Made by a program: the position numbers and the translations under genes
Shown here: one piece after another, positions 51,740 through 64,000 of the stretch
Layout: each line of letters begins with the position of its first letter
Numbering within the stretch: the stretch's first letter is position 1
Source: Lama glama
Lineage: Eukaryota
DNA: 64,000 nucleotides
Assembly (NCBI GenBank): GCA_028534125.1
Contig: CM052817.1
Coordinates: 23,562,001-23,626,000, forward strand
Reading direction: 5' to 3'
Notes under the pieces: model-generated
What the model was told of the DNA's origin: nothing
The model's input: only the letters and a program-made list of their open reading frames with translations
The model's database searches: none

Positions 51740-52230
51740 CACTTGGATGCTTTTAGTTTCAATAACAGCAAACCCAATTTGAACACATCCGGAGGCTTGA
51801 GCCAGGACCACAAGGATATTACAAAGCCAGGCCAATTTTCTTTTTCCTTGTCTCTGCTGTCTCCTACTTTGTCTTTCTTCTGCATAGGATTCAACTTATT
51901 GTCTCAAAATGCTTTCTCTAGGTACTTGGCTGCATACACCCTCTTTCATATGCTGCAGATGTGAGAGAGTATCTTTTTCCCGAAGAATTCAGCAAACTCT
52001 GAGATATACTCCAATTAGATTAAGTCATATGTGCTTCATGAACTAATCACATTGCCCAGAGTTCGTCATGCACTGACAGGGTTTACCCTAGGTCATATGC
52101 TCTAACCCTGAAAGCGAGAATGGAATTAGCTTCCCTCAAGCTGCAAGGATCTGCTAGTTTCAAGTGGGGATTTTGAAGAATGGAAAATAGGACATGGATG
52201 CACAGGAAGCAACAGATCTGTGTTCTTCAT
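51740..52230 (-). mobile_element. Old MaLR LTR remnant
   Basis: ggatgcttttagtttcaataacagcaaacccaa...gtcatatgtgcttcatgaactaatcac...ctaggtcatatgctc. Confidence 0.55.
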
Positions 52231-53305
52231 TCAAGGAGAATGCAAGGAAGGATTACAAATTATAAATTTATAAAATGATAAAAACTTGAAAAGAGAAGGG
52301 TAGAGTAAGTGAAAACAAAGTGATTTCAGGAGAATCATTAAAATATACATAGTTTCTGTTAAGTGTAAACATTGCTATCTAGGGCTGTCTTTTTAAAATG
52401 TGATCCTTTCTCTGTAAGTTAATCAAACAATTCTTTGATAAGAGATTAATCTGTGTTTTCTAGAAGACACCAAAATGCCTATAGAAATTTGGTAGTTACT
52501 GATTTTTCAACAAAAAATTTTATGATGGACACAATTTTGAAGTGTGAATCAACCAAAACCAACTGAGATAATGTGTTATCCACCAATTTTTTCAAATGTT
52601 TAAGAAAATACACTTTTGATTTTCCCATTGAAATTTTAGTGCCTTTACTTAGATTTTGGGCAGCCATTTAAACTTCTGAAAAGAGAAATGTTAGCTCTTC
52701 TCAGGGACTGATTAAATTTTAATAATGAGGGCATTTTTAACTTACTTGAATTCAAATAGAACAATACATTTATATATTCATTGGCGCTGTGTAGAAAATA
52801 ATAATGAAAGAATTTTGTAAGTTATACATTACATTTTGTTTAAAACAAAGCAAAAATAATAAAGAATGCTTACTTACATCACTTGTTATCTTTGCCTAAA
52901 GAAGTTGATAGTATGAGGTTCAGGCAATTATGAACTGCTCTGGTAATGAATATCTTGAAAACCTAGAAAAGACAGCCTCCTTCCCCTTGTTTCATCAGCA
53001 AGGCACAAGCCTAGAGACAATTCCAAGTGGGGTTGGGTGGGCCAGGTTTAAAGACTCCATGTTTGACAGGGAAAATTGATTCAAGTGTCAATCCAAAGTA
53101 AAGTGTTATGCACAATTGGTGTTGAGTCCCTGACTCCTTCCAATCAGAATGCAGCTCTGTGCCCTTCTTCTTTAGAAATTCATGACTAACTGCTACATCA
53201 AAACTTATATTCACACAATGCATTTAAATTTTTTTTTTGCTTTATTATTGTTTTCTGTCAGCCTGGATCCAAAGAATCCTAAGAAATTCTTTGTTCTAAA
53301 TGTTC

Positions 53306-53985
53306 ATGGATATTCCTCAAAAAACTAAAAATAAACTTACCATATGATCCAACTGTCCCACTCCTGGGCATATATCTAGAAGGAAACTTAATTCAAAAAG
53401 ACACATGCACCCCAATGTTCATAGCAGCACTATTTACAATAGTCAAGACATTAAACCAACCTGAATGTCCATTGACAGATGACAGGATAAAGAAGCTGTA
53501 GTATATTTTTACAATGGAATAGTACTCAGCCATAAAAAATAATAAAATAATGTCATTTGCAGCAACATGGATGGGCCTGGAGAATGTCATTCTAAGCGAA
53601 GTAAGCCAGAAAGAGAAAGAAAAATACCATATGATATCAATTATATGTGGACTCTAAAAAAAAAAAAAAAGACAAGAGAATGTATTTACAAAACAGAAAC
53701 AGACTCAGACATAGAAAACAAACTTATGGTTACCACGGAGGAAGAGGGGGAAAGGGCTAAATTGGGAGTTCTAAATCTGAGATACTAATTACTATATATA
53801 AAACAGATAAACAACAAATTTATACTATATTTGATATCTTGTAGTAGCCTATGGTGAAAAAGAATATGAAAACAAATATATGTGTGTTCATATGACTGAA
53901 ATATTGTGCTGTACACCAGAAGTTGACACAACATTGTAAACTGACTATACGTCAATTAAAAAAATATATATATATATGTATAAAA
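53306..53985 (+). mobile_element. 5'-truncated camelid-type L1 3' end
   Basis: ccatatgatccaactgtcccactcctgggc...gcagcaacatggatgggcctggag...acaacattgtaaactgactatac. Confidence 0.92.
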
Positions 53986-54600
53986 GAAAACTTAATGTTC
54001 CAGTCCTACTTAGTCTTGGATCTCCATATAACTCAGAGCCAGTCTGTGCCGGTCTATGACTTGGTAAAGGTTTCTTCCAGACTGAAGTATCTCAATGACA
54101 TTTGTGAAAAAGAGCATGTTAGGAGACCTTTATATTCTGCAAACTGCAGAGGATGTAAATGTATCTTCAACTTACTGTATTTACACAATGGCGGGTTGGG
54201 GTGACACATGTTACATTCAACAAATGGCATACTTTGTGCTCAGCACTGTGCTGAGTGTAACAGGGCTAGTGAAGAAGTGAAAATCCAGTTTTCAAGGAGT
54301 CCGCTTCATGGAATAACAGTGCTACAAACTGAAAATACGATTAACAATGTAAACAGTACAAGTGCTAAAATTTTGCTGTTTGGGAGAACCAGGGGCCCGC
54401 TCGGTTACAAAGGTCACGAAAAGCTTCAGAAGAAGAAAAACACCAGCTTTATCTCTTTATACACAATTGCAGCATAATGGTTTCCCTGCTATTGTCTTTC
54501 CTAGCCCCTTCCATCTTGTTCTAATTTTGCATTGTCTGCATAACTTTTAGCAACATGATAGACATGCAGATCTTCAAATGAATGATTACAGCATGGATAT

Positions 54601-55048
54601 AATTTTTTTTTTGCAATTGATTGACTTTATAAATAATGTTTTATTGAAGTGTAGTTAATTTACAATGTTAGTTTCAGATGTGCAGCAAAGTGATTCAGTT
54701 ATACATATGTATACACACACATATGTATTTTTTCTTTTCAGATTCTTTTCCATTATAAGTTATTACAAGAAATTGAATATAGTTCCCTGTGCTATACAGT
54801 AGGTCCTTGTTGTTTACCTATTTTACATATAGTAATGTGTGTCTGTTAATCCTCAACTCCTAATTTATCCCTCCCTGCCCTTTCCCCTTTGGTAACCATA
54901 GTTTGTTTTCTATGTCTGTGAGTTGATTTTTGGTTTGTAAATAGAATTTGTATCATTTTTTTTAGATTCCACATATAAGTGATATCATATATTTGTTTTT
55001 TTCTGTCTGACTCACTTCACTTAATATGATAATCTCTATGTCCATACA
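54601..55048 (-). mobile_element. 5'-truncated L1 3' UTR insertion
   Basis: Perfect 14-bp TSD tacagcatggatat at 54587-54600 and 55049-55062. Confidence 0.92.
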
Positions 55049-57989
55049 TACAGCATGGATATTGAATATGAGTGTCAATTGTATGTGTCTGTTAGAGGGT
55101 GGGAAGTTTCCTTACCAACAAAACGATTGTGCATTTATTTCCCATCTCCCCAGCAGTCAAGGAAATGGAGTGGTAGCTATAACATTCTCATTCTGTTCTA
55201 TAAAAATGTTTGTGAAATATTCCACCAATCTTCTTCTAAACTCGAAAGCCACTTCAATAATAAACTTCCTAAGCACCAATAATTAACTAAGAAACCAGAA
55301 GAAACATTACATATTTGGAAAAATTCAGTTTAACTTACAGCTAGAAATTCTCTCTTAAGAATACTAGCTCTATTCAGGAAAATATTTCTCTATTTGGAAG
55401 ATTCTGGTCATCATTAAAATGTGAAACCTGTGCCACTTTTGCAGAATGAAAACAGGACAAAGAAATATTTTCTTCTGCAAAAAAATGATATGCATGCTTT
55501 CCTTGCTGCTACTGTGATGGAAATGTGTCTGGAATCTTTTGTGTATTTATTTTAACATATTTCAGTGTTATCCAGAATCGCATGATCCATCAACACTGTG
55601 ATAAGCCCATCCTGTTTGCACATATGAGCAATGTTTAAAAAAAATCTAATATAAATCAATGGAGAATGAATCAGACAATAACACACCAGGTAAACTAGTC
55701 ATTTAAATTCCTCAAAATAGTTCTCAGTGAATTATTCATCATTCACCATTCTTTGCAGTTTAAGTGAAATATTACAGTAAATATCTTCTTTCCAAAGAAA
55801 ATCAATTTTCCTTTACTAACATGTTTTATTATAAAAAGAGCAATAGTTCATGATGTGTGAATAATAAAAAAAAATCTGCTATCATCTCCACTCTGCCTTC
55901 TTTATTCTGCATATGAATATGAAATTGCGTGCATAAAAATAAGAGACTAAAGTGATCATGCATCGTAATTTTGTAAGAGCACTATTTGGTTCTTAGACTC
56001 AGATTTAGCAATAATAAGCTGAGGGACACATCTGTAATTTTGTACACCTTACAAGTATTATTACCACAGAGTTATACTATTCTTGAACTTGGTTGCTTCA
56101 TGTTACCCGGTTTTCAAATTTTTGCTTAGTTGTTTGATTCACGCTTTAAATTCTCCATTTACATAAACATGCTTTATAGAAAGAATATGGCTTTGATTCA
56201 TCCTTCTACACTGGGTTTTCAAAATTGCATGCATATCAAAGGTATTCAGTTTGAGGAGATAACCAAGCAGGTGCTCTACTCCCGCTTGGTTCTTACATCA
56301 CATTTTCTGATATATCTAAGAACTGAGTTGCACTGACAGACGTACTAAACAAAACTGACTGTCGAAATCAGAAACAAGAAGGTTACATCTTGTACTGTAC
56401 TCTTCCATTCACTTATACTTGCTTCCTTTTGTTGCTTAGGAACTTTTTCCTGTGTATAATCTTCAGAGCTCCAGCCACTTAACTTTTAACATTTGCTAAT
56501 ACTTTAGAAGCAGCTTTGTGTGGAGATTTTCCCCTTATCCTAGAAGACCAAGGAATTTCTTTTCATTATAGTATTAAAAAAACCCAAAACCCTTTTTGTG
56601 ACAAATTTGGCAAGTTTGGATACATATCAATGACCAAGTTTCTTGCAGTTATTTAATCTATTGTATGTTTCACCAGAATGTAGTTTTATAAGTTTTCACC
56701 CCAGCTATTAGCATAGAAATCTAGAAGAGTCCTAGGATGAACAGCAATAATAACTAATATTCACATAAATACATAAAACTTACAAGTATTATCATATTTC
56801 ATATTTTATGTGGAAACTCAATTATTACCAATATTTTGGTGCTGGAGATGTTATTACTATCCCTGTCTTATATACATGAAAACTAAAACTCAGAAAAAAA
56901 AATACAGACCAAGTCCACAAAACCACTCCATTGGAAAGCTAGGAAACAATCCATAGCTCTTTTATTCCAAGTTTTCAGCTCTTTCCAATTCAACAATAGG
57001 CCTTTCTAGAAGCCAATTTACCCAAGCAAAATGCCTCTCTTACAACATATTAAATCCCAACTGGTGGTTTACTATTTTATTTAATACTATGTTAGTGTCT
57101 ATGTGTATGTTCTAGATTACATCCACAATCTATAAAATATGCAGAGAATAATCAGTTAATGAAGGAGCTTTCTAAATGCAATTATAACTACAAAAACACT
57201 AAAGATTTGGATTCTTGGTTACAGACCATGAAGGCTCTCAATCATGAAGATATTGAGTGTTGTACTATCTAATACTGTTATATAAAAACATCCTTGGCCA
57301 TAACCCAGTAAAAATCAGGATGGCTTTCTCTGATTTCTTCAGTCTTTACTGATATTTTTTCTGCTCTAAATTAGAAGTTGAGGCCTAATTTAACAATCAA
57401 TTAGATGTGGTCTGATTTCTCACTTGTAATTTATAAGCATCCCATTTCTCTGAGTATCAGACTTTGGGTATCTTGGGAGAAGATATCTCCATAAACTCTT
57501 TTTTTGAATCCTGGGGATTATTTAGCACAGGTCCTTGCACATATTAGGGGCTGAGTAAATACTTATACTTTATCAGATAAACAATAGAAAATGTTTTTTT
57601 AACCATCTTTTTAAATTATCGTAATCAGATGACAAAGTACGAGGTATTAAAGGCACACTCCTTGATTTCTAATTTTCTGTCATTCAGTCCGTAGCTGACT
57701 ATACTTTGTAAACGTACATGGTCCATTCTACGATAAAACATTTCATATAGAAAGTTCTATTAACATGGAATTGTAACTTAATATAGACAAGTTTTCTCTC
57801 CTTGCATGAGAAATCTGTCTCAGAATGAAAATGCACATAGGATACACTTGCAGAGAAACTTCTTATTTATGACATGGAGCAAATAGAGACAATGATTTCT
57901 TATGGATGTTTGAAGTGGCTGTATTCAAAGAGAAGGATGCCAGGGGAAGCGAGTCTGCTTTTCCTTCACTGCTGATCGCTAAACTGGAT

Positions 57990-58460
57990 CAACTAGTTTG
58001 CCTTGTTGTTGCAAGTTACGGAACACACAGCTCAAACTGTTTTAAGAAATACACTGGGTTAGCTATATAGCTGAAAAATCCAGAAGAATTAGTTTCAAGT
58101 ATGGCTTGTTTAGGGCCCCTGCTCCTTTCCCCTGTAATTCTGGAATTCTCTTTGTTCTGCTCCAAGTATAGAATTTATGTGCAAGTGGACTTCTGTCATT
58201 ATAGCAAAGTTATTGTGCATTTTCAAGCAAGACCATCACAATGTCCTCCTCATCAAATCTAATGAAGTTAAGCTGATTAAACTACCCTTCAACTTATTCC
58301 TGTGCATGAGGGAACGCCATGGGAGTGCTTCACTGGGGATGGAATTATCCATGATGAATGTGTACAAATTAAAAATCAACCCTAAACTTGGGATCAGTTC
58401 AATCCTAACCACAATTCATAAGAATGAATGTTGCAGAGAAAAATCACAATGATCTCTACA
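57990..58460 (-). mobile_element. Old MaLR LTR remnant
   Basis: tagtttgccttgttgttgcaagttacggaacacacagctcaaactg...ctgaaaaatccag. Confidence 0.5.
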
Positions 58461-58759
58461 AAAAACAACACTCTGGTCATTTTCTTACACAGATCCTACA
58501 TTTAGTTTCATATAAGTTATTATTAACCTCAACCCATAATCATATTTTGGATATTAAAAGTTAACTCAGAGGCATGATTCTACTGGACTTCAGCCTTCAG
58601 GATTTGAAAGTATAAGCTATTACTTTACAATAATGATAATGTAGGAGACAATCTCTCTAATAACTATGACTTCATCAATAAGGACACTTTTAAAATTCAA
58701 TTTCATAAAAATACACCTGGCAAAAAATTCATTAAATGAATATTTATTTTTGAATTAGT

Positions 58760-58920
58760 TAATAAATCTTTACATTAATGTAGTGACTCAAGATATGTTG
58801 TGCCCATTTACACTTGAAGAAACTGTGGTTTAATGTGAATAAGTGACTTGCCGAAGTTCATACAACTAAAAGTGGGAGCAGAAGAGCACACAGATACTGT
58901 AAATCTAAGTCTCTTTCTAA
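58760..58920 (-). mobile_element. MIR SINE fragment
   Basis: cccatttacacttgaagaaactgtgg...aagtgacttgccgaagttcatacaact. Confidence 0.7.
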
Positions 58921-59449
58921 TCTATTATATTGGATGGAAGAACATACATAAAAAGCAGGATCTAAAATACACACTTTAAAACATTTAAGGTTGTAAAGAT
59001 AGGGCAAGAATATAAAAGTAATAAATGAAGAATGAAACACTTATATATCACTGTTCATAGATTATATATTAAATTTCATTTTGTAGTTTTCCACTTAGGA
59101 GCAAGGAAATGAAGACATAAATATCAGCCCCTAAATTTAATAAAAGGCTGAAGAGTGAGGAAGAGAAAAAGGTTGAAAGAAGATACCTGCCTCCCTGTGT
59201 GATCAGGATTTTTTATGGGGGTGGTTTGATCAGTTGCTCTCTCTGGTACAGGTACACACACAAGAAAAAAACTGTGGTTTACATCAAAGCAAGAAAAGCA
59301 TCCTTTTGAGAAACTTCTCCTATGTTTAAGAAATAGAGATATCTCAGTTCCCAGGAGATGGCTCAAGCTCTCTGTCCTTCCTGCAGCACAAATTGCCACT
59401 TCCACAGCTTCCATTCTACCTGACTCTCTCTCACTGTCTCTATCAATTT

Positions 59450-60920
59450 CTCTCCCTCCAGTGACTCACTCCTAGAAACAAAAATGCTTTTCTTTTTCCT
59501 ATCTTAGAATAAAAATTCACTTCACTCATTTCTCCACTCCAGCTACTGACTCCTTTCTATGCTCTTTCCAATGTTTATATTTAGTCACTGTTTTTAAATT
59601 TTCTATACCCATTTTGTCTTGAACCCTTGCATGGAAAACCATTGTCCCTAATTTTCCACTGAAACTGCAAAAATCAAGCTTAGCAATGGCTCTAACTTGC
59701 CAATTCCAGTGGTCAATTTTCAGTCACCCTACTTGACCTATCAGTAGCATTTGACTGAAAATTATTAAAGGGTAACCTCATTTAAAACAAAGGCAGAAAG
59801 GCCTGAAGGGGGAGGTCTAACTCACTGTCTTCTGCAGACCCTCAATAGGAAGATACCTTGCATCTCCAGCAGGAGGAAAGTTACTACCTTACTACTCCAG
59901 CAAGAGGAAGGAAGATTTTCCTCTCCCCCATTAACTGCCCCAGCCAATGAGAAATAATCATTCCCTAGCCAATGAGAAACTACCACTATCCTAAATTCTC
60001 CCTTCCTCCAATGGACTTTCATTTAAAGAAGTCCCTCCCAACTCTTTCCTTTCTCTCTATAAAGTAACTCTCCTCTCCTTTGTTTGCCAGACTTGCCATA
60101 GCTCATATATCCCTAATTGAAGTTCTTTTGCTCTTCCTGAATGAACAGAGTTTACTGGTAAAGTAACTGGCTATTTTAAAGTAACTGGCTATGACAAAGT
60201 TCACTATTCATTTTTGAAACACATCCTTGGCTTCTTAGGCATCATTCTCTTTTGGCTTTCCTTCTTTCTCATATGCTCTCCCCTTCTCATTATCCTTTGT
60301 TGGTGTTTCCTAATTGCCCCAACCACTATAGGTTGTTGTGAAATTGGGCCAACTCAGCAAACACTTCTGTTTTTTCCCACCTTTACTCTCTAGGTGATCT
60401 CACTGGCTTCTTGACTTTAAATATCATCTATATGCTAATGACTTCAACATTTATATCCAGAGCCAGAGCCCAGTTCCTGAACTCCAAGCACATAAATCCA
60501 ACTTCCAACATCAATCCTTAGATGTTCAAATTCCTGATCTCCCCACCTACCACCAAACTTGCTCTTCCCACAGACTATCCCTAAGTCAGTAAATGAAAAT
60601 TTTATTCTTTGATAATCCCATCCATCAGCCAACCATGTTAGCTCTTTATTTTAAATATAGCTATTAACTCTGTTTTAAATATTCCTTTAGCTCCACAAAG
60701 TCTGTGCTCAAATGCCATGTTAAAGTGAAACTTTCCTTGACATATTAGCAATTATTAGATCTGAAAAAAATTAAAAATTTGCTTGTTTGTTATTGAACCT
60801 TCTCAACTAGAATGTAAGCTCCAAGAGGGGAAAAATAATCCTGTTTTTCTTCTCTATCCTAGTGCCAGAATAACATCTGGCATAAGGTAGCTTGTCAATA
60901 AATATCTTCTGAATAACTAT
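59450..60920 (+). mobile_element. L2 (ORF + 3' end) split by an ERV1 LTR
   Basis: ctacttgacctatcagtagcatttgac | aaagtt...tttgaaacac; catctatatgctaatgacttc; tagaatgtaagctcca...caataaatat tail. Confidence 0.75.
59756..60191 (+). mobile_element. Solo ERV1-type LTR inserted in L2
   Basis: TGAAA start, two AGCCAATGAGAAA boxes, TATAAA at ~60058, 4-bp TSD tgac at 59752-59755 and 60192-60195. Confidence 0.8.
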
Positions 60921-61766
60921 ATCATTATTTCTTTCTAATCCCATGTGGTACTAAGTCAGAAACTGCCTTAGAAGTTTTTGTATGTTTTTATTTTTGGAGA
61001 TATGTTGTGGAAAGTTTCTTGTAGATTGCTGATTATGTAGCTCTATAGCTCAGGGCATAGGCAATGAAGAAAATAGGTGCTCAATTCATGTTTAGAGAAT
61101 GTATGAGAAAAATGGAATTGATGAGGAAAGGAAGGATAGGAAGAAGTTATTTTGAATTAGAAAGTATGCCATTGCTTGTTGTTACTACAATATTAGAGTT
61201 ATTTGTTGACACAGAATAACCTAATTTACCCTGATTCATACATCACTTTAAAGTTTTCCTACACCTCTTACCCAAATGGTCAAGGTGATCACATTAGTAC
61301 CCTACAGGTAGTGTGACTATATATTTAACCAGGACACTTTCGAATCCTAAAACAGAGTGTTAAAATAATTAAAATTCTATGCTTTTTGAAATACTTATTT
61401 TTGACTGAAAAATGTGTTGTAGTATATCAGTAAACTTATGTATACTTCTGCTTAAAAATTATTTTTAAAAATGTAATTATTTCCCAAAATTAAAATATGT
61501 CAGTGAATATAAAAACAAAAATTTAAAATAAACTCTATAATAATATCTTTTACATTAAAATAAAAACAGATAATTATTCTTGATAGATAATTGCATACTT
61601 TAATAAGCTTCTTAACTTTATCTCTCTAATATTGTATTTTTCAGAAGAATGTATTTTTTAATATAATCTTAATTTCTTTGGTTTTCATAAAATTACCTGG
61701 AATCTATTTCACAGTTGAAACAAATGTGTATAAATTTTGAAATAGTTATCCTTTTCAGTTGAGTTT

Positions 61767-62553
61767 TGTGTTAGTTCAGGTCCTCCTGGAATAAGATGCC
61801 AAGAAGAATTTATGTGTGCAGCATACTTATAGAGGATAAAGGGGACAAAGACCAAGAGTAGGCAGGGAGAGTCTCTAGACCAAGATACGGGTCTGACACC
61901 TGTGAAAGGAGTGATCAAAAGAAAGAGCACAGTGCTGATAAAGTCTAGGCGAGGCTTCTGGGGAGTCTCCAAGCAAAGATTGCCTTGGGTAGGAAGGACC
62001 AGGTATGTACCCCAACCAGGCTCAGTTATTGGCTGGTGTCTTAGTCTGCTCAGGCAGCTATAATAATACAGACTAAGTGGCTTAAACAATGGACTTTTTT
62101 TTTTTTCACAAAATTCTGGAAGCTGGGAAGTCCCAGATCAATGTGCAAGCCAATTTGATTTCAAGTAAGAGTTCTCTTCCTGACTTGCAGACAGCTGCCA
62201 TCTTGCTGTTTCCTCACATGGCAGAGGAAGACGGAAAGATCAAGCTCTCTGGTATCTCTTCTCATAAGGACACTAATCCTATTGGACCAGGGTCCCACTC
62301 TTGTGACCTCATTTACCTTAATTATCTCCTGGAAGGCCCCATCTCAAAGTACAGTCACATGGTGGGAAAGTGGTTTAGGGCTTCAACATAGGAACTTAAG
62401 GAGCATAATTCAACCCATTGCAGCTGGGTTGATCTCAGAGGGAACAGGCCTCAGAATGATCGCCACACCAGATCCCTAGGTGTGGCCCTGGAGGCTGTGA
62501 GACAAATATACTCCTGTAGCAGTTTCCCTTGAAGGAAGACATGAGCTGCCACA
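61767..62553 (-). mobile_element. LTR16-like (ERVL) LTR split by MLT1A
   Basis: tgtgttagttcaggtcctcc...ggcagggagag...ggtctgacacctgtgaaagga; resumes after 62427. Confidence 0.7.
62037..62422 (-). mobile_element. MLT1A-like MaLR solo LTR
   Basis: TGtcttagtctgctcagg...gggcttcaacatag...ccattgCA; 5-bp TSD gctgg at 62032-62036 and 62423-62427. Confidence 0.9.
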
Positions 62554-63109
62554 ACTCTTCCCTCTGTAAGTACTGAAGCACCTGCCCCTAGAGAGCCAAT
62601 GTGTTCAATGGAGAAGATTCTAAAAGCAACTTTTATAATAAAGAGTATAAATATTTTACTCCCCAAATACTGACAGTTAAGTTTATTTGACTGTATTAAG
62701 AATATCTTTCTTTGACAAATCTATTTTACAAGATAAACTCATCAAATAAATTATATTTTATCAAAATTTGATCCACTAAATCATAGGCTTTTTTACTTTT
62801 ATTCCATAATGACACAGAATAGAATCTGACATGTGAGAATGGACTTCGGACAGGCTGAACCCTGGGTCTGCTAAGGGACACTTTAGAGAAATTGAATTTC
62901 ACCTCACTTAATCTTGCAGTAAGGAAAGTGAAGGGTTTCTTGCAATAATTATTTTCCCCTGAAGAGTAAGCACACATGAACCTATTGTCATGGAACGGTC
63001 AGGAGTCAGAGAACTGGTCAAAAGAGTTAAAAAAAAAAAAACAACACTGAGAGAATAAATACCCAAGGGAGTCTTCGACACCCTCTCCCCTGGGTAAGAG
63101 GGATTATCC

Positions 63110-63614
63110 TGTTGACTGAAATAACATCACACGATGTGACAGTTGTGGGTTAAGATCCATTTGAGGCAAAGTGAGGACTGTGGCCTGGGAGACAGCATCT
63201 CAGAAAGCTCTGAGGAACTCCTCTGAAAAGGCAGGGGGCAACTCAGTATTATATATGATGTCAGTGAAGTGGGGATGTGCAGTCAAGCACATGTTTAGGC
63301 AGAGGCTTGTCGCCAGTCACGAGGAGCAGATGTCACCGTTAATAATATTAGTGCTTTTCTAGATATGAGGAGATGCAAGAATTTGAGCTCATAAGATCCT
63401 CTCCTGAAAATATCCAGCTGTCTGAAGGCCTGTTCCGCCAGTATTCCCAGAGCACTGAGCGCCTCGTTCCTGGTCTCCACCCTGAACTCCTCTCAGAGTG
63501 TTGGAGGTGAGCAACTGCAGCGGCTCTTGATTTCATCAAAGCAATGTTAGATGGTAAGTGTGAATGTGATCCAGCTTGTAGAGGCAGATGGCAAGTGCCA
63601 ATTTTCAGTTAGCA
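63110..63614 (-). mobile_element. Complete solo ERV1-type LTR (possibly the cetartiodactyl MER41-like group)
   Basis: Inverted termini TGTTGACTGAAA...TTTCAGTTAGCA; perfect 4-bp TSD atcc at 63106-63109 and 63615-63618. Confidence 0.88.
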
Positions 63615-64000
63615 ATCCACAACTGCTTACATCTGTTGGAAACTCTGGGAAATTGATCTTTTCTGAGAGTACTCTGTGTTACCACCTACATCACTAACCA
63701 TATCCATACATTTCTGTAACCTTCTGAGAAAATCTCTCTCACTGTGACTGCAGGACTCCACCATGCCATTACCAGCCCACCATAACAACTGGAAATGAGA
63801 AAAAGAAGCTCACATTTCTTCCCTTTATCTTCCAAAGCGTATTTAATTTGCTGTTTAGAAAATAAATACAATAAAACATAAGATTAAAACTGAAATGTTT
63901 AAATAAAAAATTTTTAAAGATTGTCAAAAAAAGTATTATCATTATATGATTGAGAAGTGATATGAAACATATAGAATTCTTCCTGGAAGCAGAAACCTCA

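Noticed and set aside
63722..63988. Two TTCN3GAA motifs near the window end
   Set aside because: Only six specified bases; frequent by chance in AT-rich DNA
1..64000. Prokaryote-type systems (CRISPR, retron, operons)
   Set aside because: The sequence is mammalian; there is no repeat-spacer array, and the only RTs are retroviral or LINE remnants

Overview
AT-rich, repeat-dense mammalian non-coding DNA (intergenic or deep intronic). It is most likely camelid, judging by a tRNA-Ala-derived Vic-1-type SINE at 11129-11272 and camelid-style young L1 3' ends. No intact cellular protein-coding gene, rRNA, true tRNA or CRISPR array is supported; the ORF-track entries are retroelement fragments or noise. 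The most notable content is a fossil class I endogenous retrovirus at ~1200-4930 (+). It has a frameshifted but nearly complete pol (RT, tether, RNase H, integrase core), followed by the 5' part of an env. Its translation (MDSLS...LTNQSGCWLC...SIEAQGL...GPFLGDIP...CYQTLWFDST) matches, from my recollection, the N-terminal SU of HEMO/ERVMER34-1. I read it as a decayed MER34-group provirus; orthology to HEMO is not established. The rest of the window is layered L1 (several ages), L2, MIR, MaLR/ERVL/ERV1 solo LTRs and hAT DNA transposon remnants, with three N gaps. It also contains a 136-bp local duplication, a probable L1 3' transduction and a triple AP-1 cluster. All repeat family names are recognised by eye and need Dfam/Repbase confirmation.
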